From a virus (taxonomy: Duplodnaviria > Caudoviricetes): 38,156 nt of DNA. Positions 1 through 7,657 of the stretch are shown here, one piece after another. The notes under the pieces are model-generated. The model was not told the origin of the DNA. It saw only the letters and a program-made list of their open reading frames with translations, and made no database searches. The DNA lies in IMG/VR virus record IMGVR_UViG_3300049167_000231, positions 1-38,156 of that record. One strand, 5' to 3'. Every line of letters begins with the position of its first letter. Positions within the stretch are counted from its first letter, which is position 1. Made by a program: the position numbers and the translations under genes.

Positions 1-351
1 TCAGGAGCGCCTGCCGCCCTGTCTTGGCGCGGCTGATGGCGCGGGCTGGAAGCCGATGCAGCCCATCGGCGCCAGGTTGCGCCCCTGATCGCTCATGGTC
101 TGACAGAAGCGCAGACGTGCGCAATAATCATTGAGCCCGGACTGACCCTGGCCGGGAATGCCGGACGGCGCGCGATAGGCGCAGCCCTGCTCCCAGGCAT
201 CGCCGGGAGCCGCAACGGCGCTGCCGGCGCCCGCCATAAAAGCAGACGCGCCCAGCGCGACTAGACCCGCGAGCCTCGCCAAGCTGCGCCGACGCGGTTG
301 AAACTGGCCCCCGAAGGTTGGGGACGCCATGGCCGATTGAATCGATGTCAT
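1..351 (-). CDS. Host exported hypothetical protein (4 Cys)
   Basis: Complete ORF with RRR followed by a hydrophobic stretch and an AVA-A cleavage-like site; four Cys in the mature part; lies outside the prophage. Start could be ATG 330. Confidence 0.6.
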   Translation of the reverse strand: MTSIQSAMASPTFGGQFQPRRRSLARLAGLVALGASAFMAGAGSAVAAPGDAWEQGCAYRAPSGIPGQGQSGLNDYCARLRFCQTMSDQGRNLAPMGCIGFQPAPSAAPRQGGRRS

Positions 352-568
352 ATGAAAGCTCCAGCAGAACCGGCCCTACAGCGGCGGTGGCGACGCTCAT
401 TCGTCTGTCACCCCGGCTGCAAGCCCCCGTCCGGCACACTCGCAATTATGCCTGCCAATCCGCGGTTCAAGCTGCGGGAAACGCGCTCAAAGCATAGCAA
501 ACCATCCAAATTAGCCACGACAAGCGTCATACGCATGCAACAAAGCGCGGCCAGGCAAGCTGCGAGGG

Positions 569-597
569 TTGACGTCGGCGCGCTTCGCCGCCTATAT
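569..597 (+). promoter_or_regulatory. Sigma70-type promoter for the tRNA
   Basis: TTGACG (569-574) and CTATAT (592-597) match the alphaproteobacterial housekeeping pattern, about 40 nt upstream of the tRNA. Confidence 0.55.
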
Positions 598-638
598 CCG
601 CGCCGTCAGCACGGACCGCCGCAGGCGGCCCGATTTGG

Positions 639-715
639 GGCGGGGTAGCTCAGCTGGTTAGAGCAGCGGAATCATAATCCGCGTGTCGGGGGTTCGAGTC
701 CCTCTCCCGCTACCA
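639..715 (+). tRNA. tRNA-Met (CAT), elongator type; prophage integration target
   Basis: Acceptor stem GGCGGGG/TCCCGCT; D-arm TAGCTCAGCTGGTTAGAGC; anticodon stem GCGGA/TCCGC with loop ATCATAA (CAT at 673-675); T-loop GTTCGAG; discriminator A and encoded CCA at 713-715. Confidence 0.96.
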
Positions 716-2286
716 TCAGACCCCCCGACGACTTTGGACGTCGGAAAATGGTCTCCACCGATCAGTTTTGTCAGGTGTCCTTCGATCCGAATTTCTGGAC
801 CGACGCCGGCCTCTGACGGCACCACAACGACGCGATCGATCAACTCTCGCAGCGCAGCCTTGGATTCCTCTCCAAACTCGCGTCCGGCTGCGATCGTCTC
901 GTGCAGCACGTCGATCGAGCGCAGATAGGCTGCAGTTGCTGCCGGATGCAGGGTGACCAGCTTGGGCGGCTCCTCCGTCCTCGCCTGCTCGGCCTTCAAC
1001 CTGTCCTTCTCGGCCTTCAACACCGGCAGTTCGCGGTCGGCCTCATCGTCCTCGATGTGCCCGTTCACATAGGATCGAAACACGCGCTCGAACGCGCGCT
1101 CGGCTGCCGCCACCTGCTTGTCGATTCGCGCGCGCCGATTGATCGTGTCGGCGGCCAGGCGCTGGCGCTCTTCGTTGTAGGCTTCGAGGTAGAGGGCGAT
1201 GCTCTCGCGCTGGCCCATCTGGTCGCGTAGCCCGCCGACCACGGCCGCCTCGATCGTATCGAGATAGTAGGCGCGGCGGTTGACGCAGCTCTCAGCTTCG
1301 ATCGCTTGCGTGCAGCGGATCCTGACGCGGCCATGGTCGCGGTCTTTCACCGACATACCCGCATCACAGGCGCCGCAGCGCAGCAGTCCCGACAAGAGGT
1401 GGCGCGCCTTGGCCCGTTGGCGCTGCGGGAGCTCTGCGCGATCGCCGCGGCGCGCTTGGACCGCCTCGTAGAGCTCGGCTGTCACAATCGCGAGGTGCGG
1501 CACTTCGCTGACTTGATGCTCGGCCTCAGGATTGGCGCGGGAGATGCGCTTGCCTGTCGCCGGATCCTTGATCATCCGCACGCGGTTCCACACCGCCCGG
1601 CCGGCATAGATCGGATTGACCAGGATGCCATGCCCGCGCTGTCGGTTGCCGTTGATCGTCGACGCCGCCCAGAACCGACCTCGAGGCGGTGCGACCTGTT
1701 CGGAGTTCAATCGGCCGGCGATGGCGCGCGGGCTCTCGCCGGCGGCGTATTCCTCGAAGATGCGGCGGACGATCGCGGCCTCGGCCTCGACGATCTCCAG
1801 TTCGCCCGTCTTCCCCACCACAGGACGATAGCCATAGGCGCGGCCGCCGGCGTTGCGCCCCTCCCTGACGACGCCGGACATGCCGCGGCGGATCTTCTGC
1901 GCCAGCCCCTTCAGGAAAAGCGCGGACATCGTCCCCTTGATGCCGATGTGCATTTCGGAGACCTCGCCATCGGCGACGGTCACGATCTTCACGCCGGCGA
2001 AGGTCAGCGTCTCGTACAGGCGGGCGATGTCGGCGAGATTGCGAGAAAGGCGATCGAGGTCTTCGGTCAGGATGATGTCGATCTCGCCGGCCAGCGCCAG
2101 CCCGATCAGGCGTTGGTAATCTGGCCGGCCATGGATCGATGCACCGGACGCCGCATGGTCGGCATAGCGTCCAACAAGCCGCCATCCGCCTTTGCGAGCA
2201 TAGGCCTCGCACAGCGCAAACTGGTCATCGACCGATCGATCATTCTGCAGGTCGGTTGAGAACCGGGCGTAGATCGCGGCGCGCAT
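658..2286 (-). CDS. int: Large serine recombinase (phage integrase)
   Basis: N-terminal YARFST catalytic-Ser motif, DRLSR motif, recombinase domain (GYR...EAAIVRRIF), zinc ribbon LSGLLRCGAC and a coiled coil. Confidence 0.95.
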   Translation of the reverse strand: MRAAIYARFSTDLQNDRSVDDQFALCEAYARKGGWRLVGRYADHAASGASIHGRPDYQRLIGLALAGEIDIILTEDLDRLSRNLADIARLYETLTFAGVKIVTVADGEVSEMHIGIKGTMSALFLKGLAQKIRRGMSGVVREGRNAGGRAYGYRPVVGKTGELEIVEAEAAIVRRIFEEYAAGESPRAIAGRLNSEQVAPPRGRFWAASTINGNRQRGHGILVNPIYAGRAVWNRVRMIKDPATGKRISRANPEAEHQVSEVPHLAIVTAELYEAVQARRGDRAELPQRQRAKARHLLSGLLRCGACDAGMSVKDRDHGRVRIRCTQAIEAESCVNRRAYYLDTIEAAVVGGLRDQMGQRESIALYLEAYNEERQRLAADTINRRARIDKQVAAAERAFERVFRSYVNGHIEDDEADRELPVLKAEKDRLKAEQARTEEPPKLVTLHPAATAAYLRSIDVLHETIAAGREFGEESKAALRELIDRVVVVPSEAGVGPEIRIEGHLTKLIGGDHFPTSKVVGGSDGSGRGTRTPDTRIMIPLL

Positions 2287-2416
2287 CGGGTTGAACTCTC
2301 TCCTGGCTCAGTGCGGCAGCATGATCACGGCGAGCGGCCTCGCGCGCAAGCGCTACGATCAAACGGGCTATACCCGGATCGAGCGGCCTGCCCTGCGTGG
2401 TCGCGGCGCGCGCCAT
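2240..2416 (-). CDS. Small helical protein upstream of and overlapping the integrase start
   Basis: ATG 2416 lies just after the upstream stop (2421-2423); sequence DPGIARLIVALAREAARRD; overlaps int by 47 nt. Confidence 0.55.
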   Translation of the reverse strand: MARAATTQGRPLDPGIARLIVALAREAARRDHAAALSQERVQPDARRDLRPVLNRPAE

Positions 2417-2420
2417 CCGC

Positions 2421-2579
2421 TCACCAAGCTCCATCGATGCGGGATTTGCAGCCGACGATCATCCGGTCGGCGCCGGCGGCGATCGCGAGGCAGAGCGATG
2501 CTCCAGCCATCGCGGCGAGCCAGATCACGCCGGCGCCAATGCCCAGCAGCGTCCACATCATGGTAGCGAAGAGCTTCAT
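2421..2579 (-). CDS. Small membrane protein (52 aa; not in the ORF track)
   Basis: Translates MKLFATMMWTLLGIGAGVIWLAAMAGASLCLAIAAGADRMIVGCKSRIDGAW; ATGA overlap with the upstream stop at 2576-2578. Confidence 0.6.
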   Translation of the reverse strand: MKLFATMMWTLLGIGAGVIWLAAMAGASLCLAIAAGADRMIVGCKSRIDGAW

Positions 2580-3580
2580 CGTGAAACCCTCCGGTTTCGC
2601 CAGTTGCCAACCGTCTGCGGACTGACGCCGACGCGGCGGGAAATCTCGCGATCGGAGAGGCCAGGCTCATTGTCCAGCATGGACAGCACGTCGCGGCGCT
2701 TGTCGGCGTTGGTGCGGCGGGCGCCGGCCCCCGAAATTGCGGGGTCGACGGGCTGTCCATTCTGGATGGCCGCAGCAAGCGTATTGAAATCGTCTCGCAG
2801 GACCGCAGCTAGAGACCGATCACCTTCGGCGCCCCGAGAGAAGTCGAGATTGCTGACGTGATGGAGCCAGTCGAGCCGCGCTGCGAACCCCTGCATGGTT
2901 GCGTCCGGCATCGTGTCGAGGATGTGCTCCAGCAGATACTGCCGTGCTCTTACGTGTACTTCCTGGGAATAGTCGGGGGATGCCGCGTAGCGATCATCCG
3001 CCAGGCTTTCCCATTGGCGATACTCCGCCCATGCGCCGGAGACGCTGTCCGGAATCGGGATGGCTGTGCGCATCGCTGCGCCAAACGCCGGCGATGGCTC
3101 GCCGCGTGAATACCCGTAGTCGCTGATGTATCGACGCTGGTCGGGCGGCAACTGAGCGGCGTTCGCATAGGTGGCGTAATTTGCGAGCGGTTCCAGGCAG
3201 ACGCGCAGAGCCGTTTCCTGCGCGGTCTCCGCAAAGATTGCTTCTTCGGTCCCGTAGCGGCTCAGAACCTCCCGCAACTTGGCTTGGCGGGCGGTTTCGC
3301 GTTCCTCCCGCTCGGAGGTCCGCTTCGCCTTATATCCGGGCTCCTTCGCCTCCATCCAATCGTCGAAACCCTCGAACACATTAGCGAAGGTCGGCCCGGC
3401 AGGCTGTTTCGGCGCATCCATCTTGGACACGGCTTGGTCGAGCGTCAGCCCAGCCTGTTGAGCCATCTTGGTCGCGGCCGCGCGCGCCGCCTTGCGTTCG
3501 CCATCGGTCGAGCCGCCCTCCATCAGGGCGCGGACCTTGCCGAATTTCTCCGTGTCCAGATTGGAAGCAGCCGGCATCAT
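2576..3580 (-). CDS. Phage protein with DUF2786-like N-terminal hairpin and C-terminal HTH
   Basis: N-terminal KVRALMEGGSTDGERKAARAAA; C-terminal LSDREISRRVGVSPQTVGNWR HTH; start set at 3580 by ATGA coupling. Confidence 0.75.
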   Translation of the reverse strand: MMPAASNLDTEKFGKVRALMEGGSTDGERKAARAAATKMAQQAGLTLDQAVSKMDAPKQPAGPTFANVFEGFDDWMEAKEPGYKAKRTSEREERETARQAKLREVLSRYGTEEAIFAETAQETALRVCLEPLANYATYANAAQLPPDQRRYISDYGYSRGEPSPAFGAAMRTAIPIPDSVSGAWAEYRQWESLADDRYAASPDYSQEVHVRARQYLLEHILDTMPDATMQGFAARLDWLHHVSNLDFSRGAEGDRSLAAVLRDDFNTLAAAIQNGQPVDPAISGAGARRTNADKRRDVLSMLDNEPGLSDREISRRVGVSPQTVGNWRNRRVSR

Positions 3581-4653
3581 GCGCTCGCCTCGGCATAGGC
3601 GCAGTCTGCGCATTCGGTGGAATTGACGGCGCCCTCGAAGCGGGCATCGCAGGTCGTGCAGCGGCGCATGTAGCGGCCGGGCTGCCAGCGGCCGCGGAAG
3701 GCGCGGCGATCGCGCTTGACGTCGTCGAGGATGGCGGGTGCCGGCGGGGCCGGAGCGGCGATCAAAGGAGCCGATACCTGAGGAGTTCCCGCCGTAACTC
3801 CCAAGGGAACTCCCAAGATAGGCTCCAAGACCGGAGGGGCCGACTTCCGCCGCTTGGGGACTTTCTTGAACCAGACGGCAGCGAGCCCGCGCCAGAGCGG
3901 GACGCAGTGGGTCGCAGCGAACAGCTTTGCCTCGCTCTCGGCCTCGACGCCGACCGCCTTGATCGCGCTGGTGATGTCTTCCGGCTCCGGCTGCCCAAAT
4001 TGGACATCGGTGAGCAGCAGCTCGACCGCCTTGATATGGCTGGCCTGGATCGGCGCGAGTTCGGCCTCGGCGACCACGCGCAGCGTCAGCGCAGCCACCA
4101 CGCCATACCGCTTCACCAGCGCGCCGATCGCGGCAACCGCCATCGTGTCGCGCGGCTTGAACCGGCCGGCGCCGGGCTGGACCTTCAGCACAGTGATCCC
4201 GACAGACCGGCAGGCTTCCTCGATCGCCATGGCCTCGGCGTCGCCGGCGGTGACCGCTGCGGCGTGAAGCTGCGTGGCCGTAATCGCGACGCGGTCGCGG
4301 TTGAGCCCGATGAACGCCGAAGCACGGTCAGCGCGCTCGGGCGCCTCCGTCACCAGGACAGGGATCTTCTGGATGTCATCGCGGCAGGCCGCGCCAATAG
4401 CCGTGTGCTGCCCGTCAATTACCTCGAGCCCTTCATCGGTCCAGGCGACGTTCGGAGCCTTGAACCGGCGCCAGTCCCAATTCGCCGCGATGCGCCGGAT
4501 CAGCGAGAGCGACCGCTCGGAGAGATTCCGCTGATAGCTCTCGTCGACCAGCAACTCGCGCGGGTCGATCCATGTCGTCTCGGGCGGCGCGGTCGGTACC
4601 GGCGCGCGCACAAGGTCAGGCATGGCGAGAGCGGCGATCGGACGCTTCGTCAC
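3577..4653 (-). CDS. ParB/Srx-like N-terminal domain protein (DUF6551-like) with C-terminal Cys4 zinc ribbon
   Basis: LLVDESYQR and VIDGQHT motifs; C-terminal CTTC...CADC; GTGA coupling to the upstream gene. Confidence 0.8.
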   Translation of the reverse strand: MTKRPIAALAMPDLVRAPVPTAPPETTWIDPRELLVDESYQRNLSERSLSLIRRIAANWDWRRFKAPNVAWTDEGLEVIDGQHTAIGAACRDDIQKIPVLVTEAPERADRASAFIGLNRDRVAITATQLHAAAVTAGDAEAMAIEEACRSVGITVLKVQPGAGRFKPRDTMAVAAIGALVKRYGVVAALTLRVVAEAELAPIQASHIKAVELLLTDVQFGQPEPEDITSAIKAVGVEAESEAKLFAATHCVPLWRGLAAVWFKKVPKRRKSAPPVLEPILGVPLGVTAGTPQVSAPLIAAPAPPAPAILDDVKRDRRAFRGRWQPGRYMRRCTTCDARFEGAVNSTECADCAYAEASA

Positions 4654-4925
4654 CGGCGCGCCCTCGCTGAGAAGCCGACGACGTTCGGCGGTCGGGCGGT
4701 GATGTCGTCGGCTACGACGATACGGCCATCGGGCCCCAGCCGCTCAGTGACGCACCAGACACGCATGCGAGACCGACACTCGGGCGAAAACGAGTTCACC
4801 ATCTCTCGGCATGCGCCTTCGGACAGGTAAGCGGGGATCGCAAGGACGTCGCCGCGGTTGATCATGCGGAAATAGGATTCCGCGTCGCGCGCCTTGGGCG
4901 CCGGGAGGTAGAGCGCTCGCATCAT
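4650..4925 (-). CDS. Hypothetical phage protein
   Basis: Coupled to both neighbours by ATGA/GTGA overlaps. Confidence 0.6.
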   Translation of the reverse strand: MMRALYLPAPKARDAESYFRMINRGDVLAIPAYLSEGACREMVNSFSPECRSRMRVWCVTERLGPDGRIVVADDITARPPNVVGFSARARR

Positions 4926-5161
4926 CGGCGAACCCTCCGAGCCGGTGTCGCCTTGGCCGGCACGCGCGCAAGCCGGGCGCACGCTGTCATCTCGTCGGCG
5001 AGTTCAATGCACGGCTCGCAGATCGCGCGCTGAGCGTGCTGGATGGAGATCACCCTGCCCTCGTCGCTCTCGCGGCTTCCGCAAAAGCCGCAGCGCATAT
5101 CCGGCAGGCGCGTCCGAACTCGAAGGGATACGGGCTTGTAGTCGATGCGGACCACGCTCAT
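4922..5161 (-). CDS. ClpX C4-type zinc finger protein (stand-alone)
   Basis: RCGFCGS...AICEPCIELA resembles the ClpX zinc-binding domain pattern CSFCG...ICxECVxLC; ATGA coupling at 5158-5161. Confidence 0.7.
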   Translation of the reverse strand: MSVVRIDYKPVSLRVRTRLPDMRCGFCGSRESDEGRVISIQHAQRAICEPCIELADEMTACARLARVPAKATPARRVRR

Positions 5162-5478
5162 GACGTTGACCGTTCGCTGATCGTCGCCGGGTGCAGAATG
5201 TCTGCGCAGATGCGCCAAGCCAGCCGGCCGATATCGTCGAGCGGCATGTCATCGCCAATGAGGCGCGACAGCACCCTGGCTTTCGCCTTCAAGCCGGACG
5301 GCGTCGACGGAGCGTTGAGCTCCATGACGAGCTCTTCGGCTGTCAACTCGTCGTCGAGGGTGTCGATCTCGTCATCGGTGAGGCCGCCGGCATGCATTTT
5401 GTCCCAGACAATTTGGTGACGCTGGTCGGCCGCGATCAGCACGGCGTCGGATGTGTGTGGAGCGGTGTTCGAGCTCAT
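5158..5478 (-). CDS. Hypothetical helical phage protein
   Basis: ATGA-coupled; contains APSTPSGLKAKARVL. Confidence 0.7.
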   Translation of the reverse strand: MSSNTAPHTSDAVLIAADQRHQIVWDKMHAGGLTDDEIDTLDDELTAEELVMELNAPSTPSGLKAKARVLSRLIGDDMPLDDIGRLAWRICADILHPATISERSTS

Positions 5479-5900
5479 GCCGCCTGCTCCTCTTGTTCAA
5501 GGAACATCTTGGCGCGGTGCACGCGGGAGGCATTTATTGCCAGTGCAGCGGCGGTGGCGGCGATTTCGGAGGCCGGTTCATTGCACCGCACATCATAGGC
5601 GAGCAGGATCCGATCCAGTTCGTCGCGATCACAGTCGCTGATGCGCGTCTGGACCCGCTCGGTGGCTCGCAGAACCAGTTCCTCGAAGTCGGCAGCAAGC
5701 CGCTCTCCAAGGCTTTCGAGGTATTTGCCGGCCTCATTGTCCTTATCGGGCCTATGTGCGAACCGGGGCTGGGCAATAAGACCGCTCACGACCTCTGACA
5801 GCGTCGTCAGGGCGCTGTAGAGCCCCGCCATCTGCCGCGCGGTTTGCACGCTCGCCAGCCGCGCCCGCGCAGCAGGGTCAACCTTCAGGTGCTCGTTCAT
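5475..5900 (-). CDS. Hypothetical phage protein
   Basis: ATGA-coupled on both sides; helical composition. Confidence 0.7.
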   Translation of the reverse strand: MNEHLKVDPAARARLASVQTARQMAGLYSALTTLSEVVSGLIAQPRFAHRPDKDNEAGKYLESLGERLAADFEELVLRATERVQTRISDCDRDELDRILLAYDVRCNEPASEIAATAAALAINASRVHRAKMFLEQEEQAA

Positions 5901-6430
5901 GACCGCACCTCGCGGCTGATGATCCGAAACGCTTCATCGCATTGCGCTTCGAGCGAATGCGCCAACGTCTCAAGCGAGCGGGCGACTGCGTTCGCCCGGC
6001 ATACGTGCCCATAGTTGACGCTGCCAGCAGGTGCCGAGAGCTCGCAGACCTCGAACACAAGCACGTCCATCAGGTGCCGGATGTCGCCTGCTTGGGACGT
6101 GATTTCGTTGGCGATGTCCCAGGCGGACGGGGTTGTTTCAGGCGCTCCGCCTGTCGTGGCCCGAAGCGGCTCTATGGCCGCCTCGTAGTCGTGGTCGATC
6201 TGCTCCGCCGCCAGCGCATTGACCGCGAGGTCACGAGCGTTCGTGACGTCCAGCAGGATGCGGCCCAGCTTAGGGTTCCATGTCTGCGGTGCGGTGCTCA
6301 GCTGGCTGATCGCAGTGTCGAGCATCTCGCGGATGCTGAGCAGGTCTTTGGCATATTCAGGCAGGCCCGCAGCGTCCGGCGTCAGACGCTTCAGGCTCTC
6401 AGGCATATCTCCCGGCTGCAGGTGCAACAT
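5897..6430 (-). CDS. Hypothetical phage protein, first gene of the leftward early operon
   Basis: GGAGG Shine-Dalgarno upstream of ATG 6430; directly follows a clear promoter. Confidence 0.75.
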   Translation of the reverse strand: MLHLQPGDMPESLKRLTPDAAGLPEYAKDLLSIREMLDTAISQLSTAPQTWNPKLGRILLDVTNARDLAVNALAAEQIDHDYEAAIEPLRATTGGAPETTPSAWDIANEITSQAGDIRHLMDVLVFEVCELSAPAGSVNYGHVCRANAVARSLETLAHSLEAQCDEAFRIISREVRS

Positions 6431-6460
6431 GGCGGCCTCCCCTCGTGGTTAACGAAGGAG

Positions 6461-6489
6461 AGGATGACGCATGATTTATCAGTCGTCAA
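6461..6489 (-). promoter_or_regulatory. pL-like early promoter
   Basis: Minus strand reads TTGACG-N17-CATCCT, about 30 nt upstream of ATG 6430. Confidence 0.65.
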
Positions 6490-6512
6490 GCAGAATGAAT
6501 GATTTATCCGTC
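6469..6512. promoter_or_regulatory. Two tandem operator-like 16-mers (OL-like)
   Basis: GCATGATTTATCAGTC (6469-6484) and GAATGATTTATCCGTC (6497-6512); the first sits in the promoter spacer. Confidence 0.6.
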
Positions 6513-7266
6513 ATTCACGAATTGGAAGCTCACGATAGATCGCGGCCACCATTCCCCGGATCACGATCGTTCCCGAGGCGATGTGGTAATAATTCTCAAG
6601 CCCGATGGTCGCGCTCTCGATTTCGAAACCGTCAAATTCCATCCCACTCGCGCGAGGGACCAGGGCAAAGCCATTGTTCAGCACCTTCACTTGGCGCGCC
6701 GTCCATTCGCTGACTTTAGGAGCGTCGAGCCGGTGTTCGATTATAACGACCTGGCCGTCGAATAGATCAATCTGATCGTGAGGCGGCTCCGCTCCCCAAA
6801 GGATATCGTTCTTGAATATGCCTATATCGACCAATGAATCGTCAAGCATACGATAGGGGGATATCCGGTGACCGGGAATCCTGGGATCATCAGACACCGG
6901 ATACTCCGGGCGAATTCCAGCGTTAACCTCTTGCTGTATTTGCTCGTAAGGTACGTTAACTTCCTTGCGGAATACCCCACTTTCCAAATCTTGCCTTATA
7001 GGATCGTGACGCAGATCGCGAAACTGCCGTCCACTCGGTCGAACCCAAAGGCCCTCCTCTTCGGGCGAGCCAGTCACCAGGAACTGGATTGAGCACTGCA
7101 GCGGCTTCGTGAGCTTCTCCAGAGTATCGAGACGCGGGCTGTTCGAATTGCCCGATATTATGTCCTGAACCGCTGAGCGCCCAAGACCCGCCTCAATCGA
7201 GACGGCCGCTGCGCTCTTCCTCACGATTTGCAGTCTCTCTTTTATTCGCTCGGCCAATGTGGACAT
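6511..7266 (-). CDS. CI-like repressor (XRE HTH plus degenerate S24/LexA-like C-terminal domain)
   Basis: HTH AAAVSIEAGLGRSAVQDIISG...PRLDTLEKL; C-terminal DDSL..GI..ND segment; divergent from the cro-like gene; AGGAG SD. Confidence 0.85.
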   Translation of the reverse strand: MSTLAERIKERLQIVRKSAAAVSIEAGLGRSAVQDIISGNSNSPRLDTLEKLTKPLQCSIQFLVTGSPEEEGLWVRPSGRQFRDLRHDPIRQDLESGVFRKEVNVPYEQIQQEVNAGIRPEYPVSDDPRIPGHRISPYRMLDDSLVDIGIFKNDILWGAEPPHDQIDLFDGQVVIIEHRLDAPKVSEWTARQVKVLNNGFALVPRASGMEFDGFEIESATIGLENYYHIASGTIVIRGMVAAIYRELPIRE

Positions 7267-7337
7267 CTTGATCTCCTGATGTCGGCAATATCCGGCATAC
7301 CTACAATTTTATCGAGGTCGATTTTTCATTTTCTGCC

Positions 7338-7367
7338 TTTACGTGGCGCATGAAATTTCCGTATAGT
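7338..7367 (+). promoter_or_regulatory. pR-like promoter with operator-like site in the spacer
   Basis: TTTACG-N18-TATAGT; GCATGAAATTTCCGTA at 7348-7363 resembles the 6469 and 6497 repeats. Confidence 0.6.
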
Positions 7368-7373
7368 GAACAA

Positions 7374-7649
7374 ATGGAACACGACCTTCGCCAATTCCTC
7401 CTTCAGATCGCGGCCCAGTATGCAGGCGCCGCCGACTGCGCGATGTCGACGGTATCCCGCCGGTGTCGCAATGACAGTTCGTTTTTCGAGCGTATAGCCG
7501 ACCCTTCGAAGAGCTTCACCGCTCGCACATTCGATGAGGTGATTGCCTGGTTCGACGAGAACTGGCCGAGCGGCAAAACGAAACCTTCTTTCGTTCTGCC
7601 TGCCAAGCCACGTTCGCGCCGCGCCGCTCCGAGCATTCCCGCAAACTAG
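7374..7649 (+). CDS. Cro-like small DNA-binding protein
   Basis: Divergent from the repressor; STVSRRCRNDSSFFERI...T.RTFDEVIAWFDENWP is a pattern I recognise from alphaproteobacterial prophage Cro-position proteins. Start at ATG 7374 preferred. Confidence 0.75.
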   Translation: MEHDLRQFLLQIAAQYAGAADCAMSTVSRRCRNDSSFFERIADPSKSFTARTFDEVIAWFDENWPSGKTKPSFVLPAKPRSRRAAPSIPAN

Positions 7650-7657
7650 GACACCCC

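Noticed and set aside
128-648. ORFs 128-445 (-) and 298-648 (+)
   Set aside because: They overlap the better-supported host gene, the tRNA promoter or the tRNA, and have no protein-like features.
639-715. CAT tRNA as initiator fMet or Ile2
   Set aside because: It lacks the three consecutive G-C anticodon-stem pairs and the 1:72 mismatch of initiators. The overall sequence fits elongator Met; Ile2 is less likely but not formally excluded without tRNAscan.
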